A stretch of DNA of 64,000 nt, from assembly GCF_036321535.1 (NCBI RefSeq), contig NC_087437.1, positions 28,026,001 to 28,090,000 on the forward strand, given 5' to 3'. Made by a program: the position numbers and the translations under genes. Under the pieces are notes generated by a model, which saw nothing but the letters and a program-made list of their open reading frames with translations, was not told the DNA's origin and searched no databases. Origin of the DNA: Camelus dromedarius. Its lineage: Eukaryota. This document shows, in pieces, positions 39,576 through 53,600 of the stretch (position 1 is the first letter of the stretch; each line of letters starts with the position of its first letter).

Positions 39576-40129
39576 TACTGGGGAGCAAAATGTGCAGACT
39601 TGCCACTGCCAAATGTGTCTGGCATACCAGTTTTTTCAAGCTAGAAACAATCAGGGACCAAAAGAGTCAGGAAGGCACTTTGACTTTCCCCCTAACTGCT
39701 TTAAAATAACTTCAGTGGAGGGCCTGTTCCTGGAATAGAGCTATCACCAGAGATCTCTTCAAAAAATATAGGACAGGTGTGGCAGGAGAAACTCAGCAAG
39801 GCCTAGAGGTCAGAGTCCACTCTGTGTCCTGTTGTCTCTCCAGGGCCTAGCAAACATTTATTTACTGAACACTTACTTTTCCAACTCTACATCCTCCCCT
39901 TTAAAGTCCCAAACCACTACTCCCAACATCCTTTTTTTGTGTTTAACTTAAGACAGTATTTAGGGGAGGGTTTCAGGCATTTTGCTGAGCTACTCAGTTC
40001 TTCTGGGTGTTTCCCATGTATACATGTTACTAAATTTTGATTTTCTCCAGTTAATCTGTCTCATGTCAATTTAATTCTTAGACCAGCCAGAAGAACCTAG
40101 AGGGGTAGAGGAAAATTTCTTCCCCCACA
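39576..40129 (+). mobile_element. Solo LTR, second ERV1 family (MER34/MER39-like)
   Basis: TSD AAGG at 39572-39575 and 40130-40133; ends ...TTCCCCCACA; both ends homologous to the reverse complement of 45368-45913. Confidence 0.8.
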
Positions 40130-43100
40130 AAGGCACATGAAAAGAAGGGCCCTGTAATTTCTGTTCTGGGACTTCTAGCTGACTGGGTCCTGTTAAGTCT
40201 ACAGCGCACCCTCTCAGGTTCTTCCTCAGCTCACAGCAGTGGCTCAGCACTTCACTAAGGTATGTAACAGCCTTGTCACTTCACCATACCTATGTGAAAA
40301 ATATACTATTAATTTCTTAATGTTTCTTAGTAACTATTTGTAAATTAAATACATTGGTTCTTAAAAACTTCATATTATATCATAAATAGGAAGCCAATAT
40401 CACCTCTCATGAATGTAATGAACACAGAATACTAATAAATACTGAATACCCTTGCCTGTCAATTTTCTGAGCCTGAGACTTCATACCTCCCTTTTAAAAA
40501 GGATAATAGCAAGTGTTAAAGAATATTAAAAATTGAGAGAATCAAAATTGGACTTTCTTCTTGATGTATTCCTTTGGTTGAAAGGTAACTGAAAATGGGA
40601 TGAATCTCTTTCTCAGTATGTGAGCAGATGTCAGTATCCCCTACAATCATGTGGTGTCTTGCCATCAGTAAGAGGACCATTCTTGGAAAACAAGGGGTGA
40701 GAGCCAAGTGTCACAAGGCCAGGAATAATGATGGTACAGATCCTTAATTTTCTAACCCTTAACTTTCACTTCATAAATAAAAATATGAATTTCACATCAA
40801 GCTCCGAGATAACTCAGCTTAGACTATCAGGAGTCTCAAAATTGGAGGGGTCTGTTCAGTACCTACTGCATGAGACACAACAGGTTTCATCCTCCAAAGA
40901 CTGTGCTCTGCACCTGTCCTTACCATTCCTTTCTCCTGATATACTGTTGTCTCCTCGTGTTCTCTCCAAGTCAATTGGCTGTTATTGTACACCAACTACT
41001 ATGTAAGAGTCAGAGCAACTTAGGGCTATAAGTTGAACACAATGAGAATGGCAAAAACATGAACTTTGGAATTTGCTGTTTCCAAGTTTACTTAAGTCTA
41101 ACACTAGCCTGAAGTCAGAACTGTTTGCTTGTTTTCCCCTCAGTTTTATCAATCATTGAGTGTTTAAGATCCATTTTTGTTTGCCTCCAAAGTCTACCAC
41201 TGATCAACTTATAATTTCACTTCTAGAAACAAATGATAAAATTTAGCAAAATTATGCCCACATCACATCAGGGCTTTGGTCAATTAACACCACTTGGGTG
41301 AACATAGTCCATTTCATTCTCCAAGGCTCAATTCGAAAATACATCTTCTTTAATTCTCCAGTAAAAACTACTTACTTATAAGCAGTGACAATTTCATCCT
41401 CTTTTTTCTTAGTAGTAGTTTACCTATTTTTTATTTCTGTACTCCCCTCTGGTGCCTATCACAGTGCTTTATACTTAAAAACTAAATAAATGCTTCCTGA
41501 GTCAGCTCATGGAATAAAAAAATAGGAAGTGATTATATTCAAACAAGTCTGTATTACTTGTTTAATAAATAGTATCAATTTTTATGAAGAGAATGGCCAT
41601 TTTTTGTATAACAATGTACTGAGTCTCTAATGAAAATGAACTTTGAAAATATGATATTTAGGAAATTAACTTTGTATTTTTAAAATCCAATGTGTAGAAT
41701 TTTTACATAGACAACAGTTTTGTACACAAAAGTCCTACCCTTACCCCTAAGATGAATGGAGGAAATTCTAGTTTTATCCTTATGTCATTTGATAGAATAT
41801 ATATATCAGCCCTCAGATAATTTATTTCACCAAATATCTTATTTTTTATAAGTTGAAACTGCCATAACTGTTATATAATTACAACTTGTGTACAGATGTA
41901 GAGTCTAAATTTTTTGGAGTTGTTTCATAAAAGCAGAATTGACAAACTCTTTTAAGAATTTTATTTTTTGGACCTAGCTATAATTTATTACCAAGTAAGA
42001 TACAAATTGACATTAATCATTCTGTGTATTTTTTTAAATCATTTTAAAAACACATCTGAAATGGTGAATTATTTCCTCATTGAAATTTTAATGTTACAGA
42101 TGTTCTAGTTTATAATTTATTTATTTATTTATTTATTCAGCAAATATTTAATCTGCTCTTCTTTGTCAGGCGCTTCAAGTATATAATGATTAATTAGTTT
42201 TTATCCATTCTGTTTAGTTTGGGCTCTTTTGGTTTAAAGTAAAAGAAACAAATTCAAGCCTACTAAGTAATAGAGCAGTTAGTGGAGAAGAAACGGGGGA
42301 GAGGGATCCTTAAAGTACAAAGAGTGGCTTACAGAAAGCCAAGGGCAAGAATTGTATAGAGCAAGAGCTCATGGAAATGCAAAGGCAACAGCCATTGGGA
42401 ACCCAACCTCTCTGTCCCGGAAAGGAGTTACTCTTCGTGCTCTGGACTTCTAATTTAAAATTGAATAAATGACACAAAAGCACCTTTGACTTCATAGGAA
42501 ACCCTGATATATGTGCCGGCTTCTGCTCTTGAGGCTGCCTCATTTTCTGATTGTTTGGTTACTTTTTAAATTAGACCGTTTAAACCAAAAGTCAAACCAG
42601 AAAAGCTGCCCCTAAACAAGCTTCAGAATAAGGACTTACTTGCTCAGCAGAGCCTAGAGGTAAGTAAGCAGGCTCTAAGTGTGTGAGTAGGCTTTCTCAT
42701 ACATTGCCTTCCAAAAGCTTGTAATTTTATTGAGGTAGATACATTATCTAAAGCCTTCTTTGTGTGTTGAACCTAATTTTAATTAGTAGGGTTTTTTTTC
42801 CCAAATAATATGTTGAGTTAAAAGAATGTACTTCCCCCATGTCACTTACCAAGTGAAATTCTTAACAGATTAGTAACTAAATTCTGTTTTCTAAGATATT
42901 TTTCAACACTTTAAAAATTTTTCAAACTGTTTCCTAAGATTTAATTTCAGCTCTATGTATCTATCTTTATAATATATTAGTGCAAGTATTTTCCTTTTAG
43001 TTTTGCTCTGATCAAGACCGGGAGAAAAACCGTATTTTTGAATTCTTGACAAAAATGAAACCATATAATAAACCATGCTTTTTATATCAAGGAGAAATAT

Positions 43101-44992
43101 TTATAACAAAACTATCACTAGAAAATTTTGAAAAAGTCCATACAGTTTAGTTTTAAAGTTATTTCCTTTTTTTCCCCCCATTAATTCCTCTTTTATTGTT
43201 CCTGTTATGGTCTCTATTTGATATTATCACTTTTGCCATTTTGTATTTTTAAGTATAAAAGCTTTCCATTTCTAGTTGGAAATAAAAATTTGTATTATTT
43301 TAATATGTCATTTCAACTGAAAATGTATAACCAACCCTTCTCTAGTTCTTATTTTATTTAATGACACATCATGTCTTATCTTTCATTAATTAAGGCATAC
43401 TTTGTCTATTTGAAAATTCAAATAACTTGATTTCACTTGCTTTCAAATTTGTTTAGTTTTGCTTTCTTAATATTTTCCGTTTCTGGGTTTCTTTAGTTGC
43501 AGACTTAATGGTAGTAGTTACATTTTACTTGTTTTACAAATGTGGACATTTAGGTCAATACATTACCCCCTTAAGGAAGATCTGGAGACAAGGCATAACT
43601 TCTGTGAAAGGGTATGTTTTTATTTTTAGTTTTTTGTCTTTTCCCCCAACATTTAATATAAAATTTTTCACGTGTACAGAAAAGCTGAAAGAATTTTACA
43701 GTGCACACTTACATACCCACCCCTAGATTTGACAACAAATATCTCATTACACCTGCTTCACTAGCTCCCTCTTCATCTACCCATTCTCTATCAACTCCAT
43801 CAATCCGAATTATTTTTGATGAATTTCAAAGTTGCAGATGTCAGTACATTCCATCCCTAAATATTTTAGCATGCATTTCACTAACCAGAGCACAATAGTT
43901 AATTTTTGTTTTTGCTTTGAGGCAAATTTATATATAATGAAATGCACAAATCTTAAATATATCATCTATTGAGTTGTGACAAATATACCTGGGTGAATCC
44001 TATTCCTAACAAGATACAGAATATTTCTGTCACTCCCACACCCACAAAGTTTCCTCATACTGCTTATCCAGTGAATCCCAGCCCCATGGTCACCGAAGTA
44101 ACCTTTGTTCTGATTTTTTTTTCCTTGATAGATTTATATTTGTGATTATAAGAAATCTTTTAATATGCTTTACTTTTTATCATTAATAAAAGCATCATTT
44201 GGTAAGTTGCTACATTAGATTTCAGTAATGAGAACAATATTTTAGTATCCTATGGTCTAAAAGTATTTCACATGTATTCAACATCTGATTTGACCCTCTA
44301 GCAATGTTATTTTATAGGTGAAGAATCTTAGGCTATTAGAGATGGAAAAATCCACTTTAGCGCAATGAAGACTTAGTCCCAGATTTACAAACTCCAGAGC
44401 CAATGCTTTTTTCCATTTTTTCATAAAATGTGGTTGTTCTAATTTTATTGTATTGTGGAAAGAGAACGCACAGATTGGCCATACAGTCTGGAAACATAGG
44501 TAATGTTTAATTGACTTAAATGGAATGAAACTACATTTTTTCCCTCTAGAATATGCTAAAAATAAAGTTTTATTCAGTGATAATGGGAAAAACATCAAAT
44601 GGGGCAGCACATAACAGATGCATGTGCCTGGCTTAGAGAAATGCCCTGTGAATGCACTGTGTTCACTATAATTCTGCACAGCACCTTGAACTATGTATTA
44701 CTAATGAAGAACACCACACTGAACATACCACGTGATGTCACTGAACAAGCCATGCACTGCAACGTGATATTAATAATTTTTATATTCTATATTTGCTTTT
44801 GTTTCCAAATTTCTCAGAAACTCTGTAGCATTTAGAATTCTATTAAGGTTATACTAAAAGAAACTCTTCTTGCTAGAACATGAATAATGTTTAGCAATAA
44901 TTTTTATGAATGAGAATTATTTTGCTTTATTACCATCAAGCTGTTTTCCTGTGTCCATTCATTCAATTTATTAACTGATCAGAGTAATTTTT

Positions 44993-45183
44993 TTTAATTG
45001 AAGTCTAGTCAGTTCACAATGTTGTGTCAATTTCTGGTGTACGGCATGTTTCAGGCATGTATATACATACATATATTCATTTTCATATTCTTTTTCATTA
45101 CTGGTTACTATAAGATATTGAATATAATAGTTTCCTGTGCTCCACAATACAAATGTGTTGTTTAACTGTTTTATATATAGGCG
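44993..45183 (-). mobile_element. Short 5'-truncated L1 3' end with TSD
   Basis: T-tail then TTGAAGTCTAGTCAGTTCACAATGTTGTGTCAATTTC; resembles the reverse of the L1 3' UTR at 54590-54760; flanked by GAGTAATTTTT on both sides. Confidence 0.8.
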
Positions 45184-45367
45184 GAGTAATTTTTTAATCT
45201 ATTTTTTATGTGACCTATTCTGGAAGTGGAGTGCTAAATAAACCATTGTATTTCTATTTTTCTGCATTATTTCAGTTATTTCATTGTACCTTGATTCCTA
45301 TGGTGTTTAAAGCCAAAGTATAGTATCAAATTGTAAAGTTATAATTTTGCCATTTTCATGATTCATA

Positions 45368-45913
45368 TGTTGGAGAAGAAGAAAGTTTCCTCTACCCTTC
45401 CAGGTTCTTCTGGCTGGTCTAAGAATTACATTGACATGAGACAGATTAACAGTAAAAAAACAAACAAACAAAAGTTTAATAACATGTATTCGTGGGAAAC
45501 ACTCAGAAGAACTGAGTAACTCACCAAAATGGCCAAAATCCTCACCTTAAATACCATCCTCAGATAAAGACAAAAGAGGATGTTGGGGTGGGGGGGAGAG
45601 TCAGTTATAGGAGTTTACCAGGAGAGGCAAACTAAACAATGGTGACTGTGATGCAGATTTAACTCCTTGCCTTCTCCATTGATAAGAGCTTCTAAAGATT
45701 CTATCATCTTCCTCTTCCAGGTACAGAAAGGGAGATACACTTACAAATGGAGATTTCCCTTACAAATGTAAATATTTCTTACAAAATGGAAACTCCTACT
45801 TGGTTTTTTAGAGCCATTCTCATATCTACTGTTTCTCAGGGAAAAGAAAAAAAAAAAGCTTAAAACAGTAAGTCAAAGAGACGTATTTTAGGGTGGCAAA
45901 CTCTGCTCCCATA
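45368..45913 (-). mobile_element. Solo LTR, second family, antisense
   Basis: GGTTCTTCTGGCTGGTCTAAGAATTACATTGACATGAGACAGATTAAC is the reverse complement of ~40050-40098. Confidence 0.8.
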
Positions 45914-46392
45914 TATGAATGAAGAATGTCATCTGCCGTATCAGTAAACAAAGGATGTTATCAGCCACTGGTAGTTAACCCCCACCCCTGGTAGCTAACC
46001 CCCACCCCTACCTCCTGCAAAAGGCACCCTGAGGGGATTCAAATTCAAGATGGAGAAAAAATGAGATACTGGCCCTAGATAGTTAAGGTGCATATCAAAG
46101 GAATGATTTCAATGAGCCCAGACTCTTGCATCTTCCCAAAAACAGAAAACGGCTAAGTTCATTAACCTGAAATGTCTGGTTTTCTTTAACAGTAATCTTT
46201 TGACGTGCCGACTACCTGGTTTTTGTTGTAAAAACTCCTTTTTATCCTGGCTCCTCCTTCACCTCTTTGGAGCAGTTCCTCAGAACAATCTGAGAGGCTG
46301 CCTCCTGGGCATAAGTTCTCAGCCAGTCCACCTAATAAAACATGATTCTCAACTTTAAGGTTTTACTTTTTTTTTTTTTTTTTCAGTCAACA
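45914..46392 (+). mobile_element. Solo LTR related to the provirus LTR (more diverged subfamily)
   Basis: GATACTGGCCCTAGATAG...TCAAAGGAATGATTTCAATGAGCCC...AATAAAAC...TTTCAGTCAACA shared with 21855-22327. Confidence 0.88.
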
Positions 46393-47849
46393 GGTGCATC
46401 ATAAACTTCATTTTATCATTCAATCTATTTCTTATTAGCTCTTATAAATTAATTTCCTATATTGAATAATTATATAACCACAGAAATTTAAGTTTATTAA
46501 ATAACGTGTGTATCCTTTGGTTTCTCATGTGTGTCTGCAGAATTTTTAAATGAATTTTATTCAACTATTTTATAAGAATAATCAATTATAATAAAGAAAC
46601 TTGTATTACTCTTTATATTCTGAAAGTTTGATGTGGACTTTATAATATTCAGTTTTAGCTTTCTGAAATGGAATGATTTCTTCAGAGTATAGACCAAATA
46701 CAATGTTAAATCAAAATTCTACATGCAATGAATGAGAATATATTTTTGATTTGAAATTTTGTATTTATTCATGACTAGAAAGTAGAAGGGTGAAAATAAA
46801 TGCTAAATTTATCCTAAAAGTAAATTTAATAAACTACTTTTATTCAATATAGGAGTTGGATGAGGTGATAAACCTTTCCTAAGTATCTGTGTTACTTTCT
46901 ACTTAAACAGAGCATTGAACAAATATGCCTCCTCAAGAAACATCACTTAAATGAGAATAAGGAATTGCATCACGTAAATTCACAAGAAAAAGATAACAGA
47001 AATGAAAATAAAGCTCTACAAGTTTATGGAAGATAAAAAGTTTTGAAATAACTGAAGGGGAATGAAAGTTCTAGATGATGATACCCCACAATTTGTTCTT
47101 TAAAAGAACCCTCTGAATTCTTATTCACACTAAATTCTAAGAATTTTTGAAATAAATAGTTATGTGATTCTTGGACCAGGAGAATCAACATCACTCAGCA
47201 ACTTTTTAGAAACGAGAAGTTTTATCTGTTCTTCAGAATTCAGGCCAAGTGTCAAATCTACTGAAGGGGTCTTTGGCAATATAACTGTTCCCTGTAACAC
47301 TTACCTGTAATTATCAACTGAAGTGGCTGATACGGTTCTCTTTCTCTGTCACAAGATTGATTTTGTTTGCTTACTTACTCCTGGTAACAAAGAGTGAGAA
47401 GCAGACTGAAACTTCCTGGGGCTGTAACTGGTTTCTGTTGATTGCCAAGTGTGTGCCCAGCTTGTGCCATGTGCTGGCTGAGTCCCTCTAGCTCCATTCT
47501 ATCTCCCCAGTAGGGCAAAGGTTGCTGTGCTGAGAAGAGTGTGCAACTGTAGGGGACAGAGCTGTCTCAAACCCAGCACTGCATCTGAATAATGTGAAGG
47601 ATCCCACTGCTGGTGCTCATGGAGGCAATGGATTGGGAGCTATCTAGATCTCTGACTGCCATGCCAGGACCATCCCAGAATGCACCCCGACACCCACTCT
47701 AATCCCTCTTGCTCCAGCATTGCTTCCCTCTGGGGTGAAGGTGACCCTGCTGAGAGGGGAGAGCTCACACTTAGAGGGAATGGCACCAGCTTGGACCTGA
47801 CCCTCAGAGCTTCTGTCCCAGCACCTTGGGACCTGACCTGAGTTAGAAG

Positions 47850-49073
47850 AGAAAGAAAGGAGTCAAAAATCTATTAGATAAAGTTATGGCTAAAAACATG
47901 TCATAGCTTATCATTATCTATTTTTCCTTTGTTGTTGTTGTTGTTGATTTTCTATGCCCCTAACATTAATTATTCCCAAGCCCTTCAGCAGAGATGTAAA
48001 GTACCTTTGAATTCTGTTTTCCAAATGTCAAACGAATCTGCTAACAAACCTCTTCCAATTTTCCTTCCTGGAGACATATTCCCTGGAGTTCCCTGTCTTC
48101 CTACTGAAATACGGACTTGCTCTTTAGAGCTGCTACAGAGTTAGATTCCTGGGGCTTCCTTTTGCTTCTTATCAGTATAGGATCAGTATGTGTGTGCACA
48201 CACGCGTGTGTGTGTATGTATGTATGTATATGTGTGTGCATATGTGTGTATATACAAGACACTGGATTCAATGTCTTGTATTCAGTATCTTGGTTTCTCG
48301 CAAACCTAAAGAAGAAAACAGATATCCAGGTACAGGAAATACAGAGTCTCATAAAATATGAACCCAAAGAGACCCACATCAAGATATATCATAATTAAAA
48401 TGGTAAAAGTTAAATATAAAGAGAGATTCTAAAGTCAAGAGAAAATCAAAGAGTCACATACAAGGGAAGCTCCATAAGGCTATCAGCTGATTTTTCTCCA
48501 GACACTGCAGGCAAGAAGAGAGTGGTATGATATATTTAAATATATTAAAGAAGAAAACCTAAATCCTGTATCCAATTCTGAATGGTAATCTTGCTGAGAT
48601 ACTCCACCCAGCAAGATTATCATTCAGAATTGAAGCAGAGATTAAAAAAAAAAACTTCTCAAACAAGCAAAAGGTAAAAGAGTTCATCAATATTAAAAAG
48701 ACCCTAAAGGAAGTGTTAAAGGGGTCTTCTCTAAATAGAAAGGGCTCAAAGAAGAAGTAAGAATTTATAGGAAAGAAAAAATCCGACTAATGAAGGCAAA
48801 TACAGTAAAGGCTGGGATCAATCACTTAAAAAAGTTAGTACAAAGATTAAAAGACAAAAATTATAAAATCAACTATAAGTACAATAAACAGTTAAGGGAT
48901 AAATATGAAAATTAAAATATGAGATCAAAACCACAGAATGTGGGGGAGCGGAAAAAAATGTAGATCTCTTAGACTGTATGAATTTAAATGACTATCAGTT
49001 TAAAACAAGTAGATACAGTTGTAAGTCAACATATATGAACCTCATGGAAACCACCAATCAAAAACCTGTAACA
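47850..49073 (+). mobile_element. Older L1 (ORF1 and inter-ORF region), host of the young L1
   Basis: ORF1-like CAGATATCCAGGTACAGGAA...CATAAGGCTATCAGCTGATTTTTC; continues at 54770. Confidence 0.8.
48188..48253. repeat. (TG/TA)n compound microsatellite
   Basis: Directly visible. Confidence 0.85.
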
Positions 49074-49342
49074 GGAGATGAGGCCAAGATGGCGGAGTAG
49101 TAGGATGCTCATAACTCATCCTCTCCCACAGATACACCAAGACTCACATCCACAGATCCACTCAGCCAACCAGAGCACCTCCGGAACTCCGACAGAACAC
49201 TGTCCTCTTCAAAAGACAAAGACGCCAAAAATCTGTTTTATTACTACATAGGTATTAGATAGATGAATAAATAAACTCCTTTAAGGACCACAATAGATAA
49301 CTGATACTCCGTAAGCCACAGTGCCAGAGAGATACGAGCAAG

Positions 49343-50236
49343 ATGAAGAAGCAGAGAAACCATTCCCAATTAAAAGAGCAAGAGAAATCCCCTGAAAGAA
49401 TGATCAATGAAATAGACTTCGATAGCCTACTAGATAAATATTTCAAAAAAGGAGTGATCAAAGTATTGAAGGAACTAAAAGAGATAGTGTTTAGAGATAT
49501 AAAATATGTCAAAAATTAAATCAAAGCTATAAAGAAGATCCAAGTAGAATTGGTAAACTCATTGGCTGAGATGAGAACGGATCTAAAGGCTGTGCAAAGC
49601 AGACGAGATAATGCAGAGGAATGAATTAATGACCTAGAAAACAAGACAAACAGAAAGCACCCAATCAGAACAACTGCAAGATAAAACAATAAAAACAAAT
49701 GAAAGCAATATAAGGGACCTATGGGATAATATAAAGCGTGCCAATCTTCGCATAATAGTGGTTCCAGAAGGGGAAGAAAGATCAAAGGGGATTGAAAAGG
49801 TTTTTGAAGAAATCATGACTGAAAACTTCCCAAACTTAAAGAAGGAATCAGATATCCAAGTACAGGAAGTTCAAAGGGTCCCAAACAGGAAGAACCCAAA
49901 CAGACCCACACCAAGACATATCATAATCAAGATGGCCAGAGTCAAGGATAAAGAAATGATCCTAAAGGCAGCAAGAGAAAAGCAGAGTGAGTTACAAGGG
50001 AACCCCCATAAGGCTCTCAGCAGATTTCTCTACACAAACACTACAGGCCAGAAGAGAGTCTGCAAACTATATTCAAAGTCCTGAATGAAAAAAAGATGCA
50101 GCCTAGGATACTTTATCCAGCAAGGCTATCCTTCAGGATAGAAGAAGAGATAAAGAATTTCACAGACAAGCAAAAACTGAAAGAGTTTAGCAACACTAAA
50201 CCCATGTTAAAAGAAATATTGACAGGTCTACTCTAA
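49343..50236 (+). pseudogene. L1 ORF1, disrupted
   Basis: MKKQRNHSQLKEQEKSPE...VPEGEERSKGIEKVFEEIMTENFPNL...RPTPRHIIIKM; in-frame stops and frameshifts. Confidence 0.9.
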
Positions 50237-50616
50237 ATAGAAAAGCAGCAGGATGCTACAGAAATGAGAAACTCATAACTGGAAAGGTGATAACTCATGA
50301 ATTACAAATAAAATAAACATGAAATTGTGAAAGAAGACATTGAAATCATTAAGAGTGGGAGGGTGAAGCAAGAAAACAGAGGGGTTTTTTTTTCTTTCTT
50401 TTTAAAATTTTTTGTTTTTGGTAGGATGGGTTTGAGATATAGTAATGGGCTAATAATACACTTACAGAAAAGGGTAACCACAAGCCAAAAACTTACAAGG
50501 GAGTCACAAAAACTAAATAAAGTCCAAGATAATACAAAGGAAAATTACCAAACCACAAAAGGGAGAAGAAAGGAACAAAGAGAAAATACCAATTCAACTA
50601 CAAAGGTAAGTTCAAA

Positions 50617-53600
50617 ATGGCAATAAACACACATCTATCATTAATTACTGGAAATGTTAATGGACTAAATGCTCCAGTCAAAAGACATAAAGTGGCAGAA
50701 TGGATAATAAAGCAAGAACCTTCAATATGCTGCATACAAGAGACCCACTTTAGGGAGAAGGACACATATAGATTGAGAGTGAAATGATGGAAAAGGATAT
50801 TCCACGCAAATGGAAAAGCCAAAAAAGCAGGTGTTGCAGTACTGATTTCAGATAAAATAGACTTTAAAACAAAGGCCATAAAGAAAGATAAAGAAGGACA
50901 TTTTATAATGATTAAAGGAGTGATACAAGATGAGGATATTACACTCATTAATATATATGCACCCAATATAGGAGCACCTAAATACATAAAACAATTACTA
51001 ACAGAGATGAAGGGGGATATTGATGGGAATACAATCATAGTTGGAGATTTTAACACCGCATTAACATCACTAGACAGATCTTTCAGACAGAAAATAAATA
51101 AGGCAACAGAGAAATTAAATAATACAATAGAAAAATTAGATTTGGTGGATATTTTCAGAGCCTTACACCCCCCCCCAAAATAGGATATACATTCTTTTCA
51201 AGTGCATGTGGAACATTTTCTAAGATTGATCATGTACTTGGGCACAAAAGAAACCAACAATTTTAAGAAGATAGAAATTATCTCAAGCATCCTTACTGAC
51301 CACAATGCCATGAAACTAGAAACCAACAACAGAGAAACAAAGGAGAAAAAAAGGAAAGCATGGAGATTAAACAATATGCTATTAAAACACCAATGGGTCA
51401 ATAAGGAAATCAAAGCTGAAATTAAAAAATACCTTGAGACAAATGAAAATGAAAGCACAACCACACAAAATTTATGGGACACAACAAAGGCAGTGCTAAA
51501 AGGGAAGCTTATAACAATACAGGCCTTCCTCAAAAAAGAAGAACAATCTCAAATAAACAATTTAACCCACAAGATGAGAGAACTAGAAAAAGAAGAACAA
51601 AAAAACCCCAAAAGGCAGCAGAAGGAAGGAAGTTATCAAGATCAGGAAGGAAATAAATAAAATAGAGATTTAAACAACAATAGAAAAAATCAATCAAACC
51701 AAAAGCTGTTTTTTTGAAAAAGTAAATAAAATTGACAAACCTCTGGCCAAACTCACAAAGAAGAAAAAGGAGAGAGCACAAATAAGCAAAATAATAAAGG
51801 AAAGTGGAGAAATTACAACAAATAAAATAGAAATACAGAATATCATATGAGAATATTATGAAAAACTATATGTAACCAAACTGGGTAACCTAGAGGAGAT
51901 GGACAAGTTTCTGGAAACATACAGTCCACCAAGACTGAATCAAGAAGAAACTGACCACTTAAACAAACCGATCACTAGAAATGAAATCGAAATAGCAATA
52001 AAAAAACCTCCCTACAAATAAAAGTCCAGGACCGGACGGCTTCACTGGGGAATTCTACTAAACACACAAATTCTACCAAACTCTTCTAGTAGATTGAAAA
52101 GGAGGGAATACTCCCAAACTTATTCTATGAAGCCACCATCACCCTGATACCAAAACCAGGCAAAGACACTACCAAAAAAGAGAATTATAGGCCAATATCA
52201 CTGATGAACATAGACGCCAAAATCCTCACCAAAATTTTAGCAAATAGAATCCAACAACACATAAAAAAGATTATACATCATGACCAAGTGGGGTTCATCC
52301 CAGGGATACAAGGGTGGTTCAACATACGCAAATCAATCAATGTAATACATCACATCAACAAGAGAAAGGACAAAAACCATATGATCATCTCAATCGATGC
52401 AGAAAAAGCATTTGATAAAATTCAACACCCATTTAAGATAAAAACTCACAACAAAGTGGGTATAGAGGGGACGTATGTCAACATTATAAAAGCTATATAT
52501 GACAAACCTACAGCCAGCATAGTACTCAATAGTGAAAAACTCAAAAGCTTCCCACTAAAATCAGGGACAAGACAAGGATGCCCACTATCACCACTCCTAT
52601 TCAACATAGTCTTGGAAGTCTTAGCCACAGCAATCAGGCAAGAGAGAGAAATAAAAGGGATCCAAATTGGAAAAGAAGAGGTAAAAGTGTCACTATATGC
52701 CGACGACATGTTCTACATATAGAAAACCCTAAAAGGTCCACACAAAAACTACTAGAGCTGATCAAAGAATTCAGCAAGGTAGGCGGTTACAAGATTAACA
52801 TTCAAAAATCAGTTGCATTTCTTTACACTAATGATGAATCAACAGAGAAAGAAAGTAAAGAAACAATTCCCTTTAAAATAGCACCCAAAGAAATAAAATA
52901 CCTAGGAATAAATCTACCCAAGGAGGTGAAAGAATTATACACAGAAAACTATAAACCATTGGTGAAGGAAATTAGAGAAGACTTAAAAAAAATGGAAAGA
53001 TATCCTATGCTCTTGGATTGGAAGAATCAATATTGTTAAAATGGTCACACTGCCCAAGGCAATCTACAGATTTAATGCAATCCCTATCAAATTACCCAGG
53101 ACATATTTCATAGAACTAGAACAAATCACAATAAAATTTATATGGAACCATCAAAGACCTAGAATTGCCAAAGCATTACTGAAGAGAAAGAAAGAGGCTG
53201 GAGGAATAACTCTCCCAGACTTCAGACAATACTACAGAGCTACAGTCATCAAGACAGCATGGTATTGGTACAAAAACAGACATATAGACCAATGGAACAG
53301 AATAGAGAGCCCAGAAATGAACCCACAAACTTTTGGTCAACTCACCTTCAACAAAGGAGGCAAGAATATACAATGGAATAAAGACAGTCTCTTCAGCAAA
53401 TGGTGTTGGGGAAACTGGGCAGCAGCATGTAAATCAATGAAGCTAGAACACTGCCTTACACCATACACAAAAATAAACTCAAAATGGATCAAAGACTTAA
53501 ACATAAGACAAGATACAATAAAGACTTAAACATAAGACAAGATACAATAAACCTCCTAGAAGAAAATATAGGCAAAACATTATCTGACATACATCTCAAA

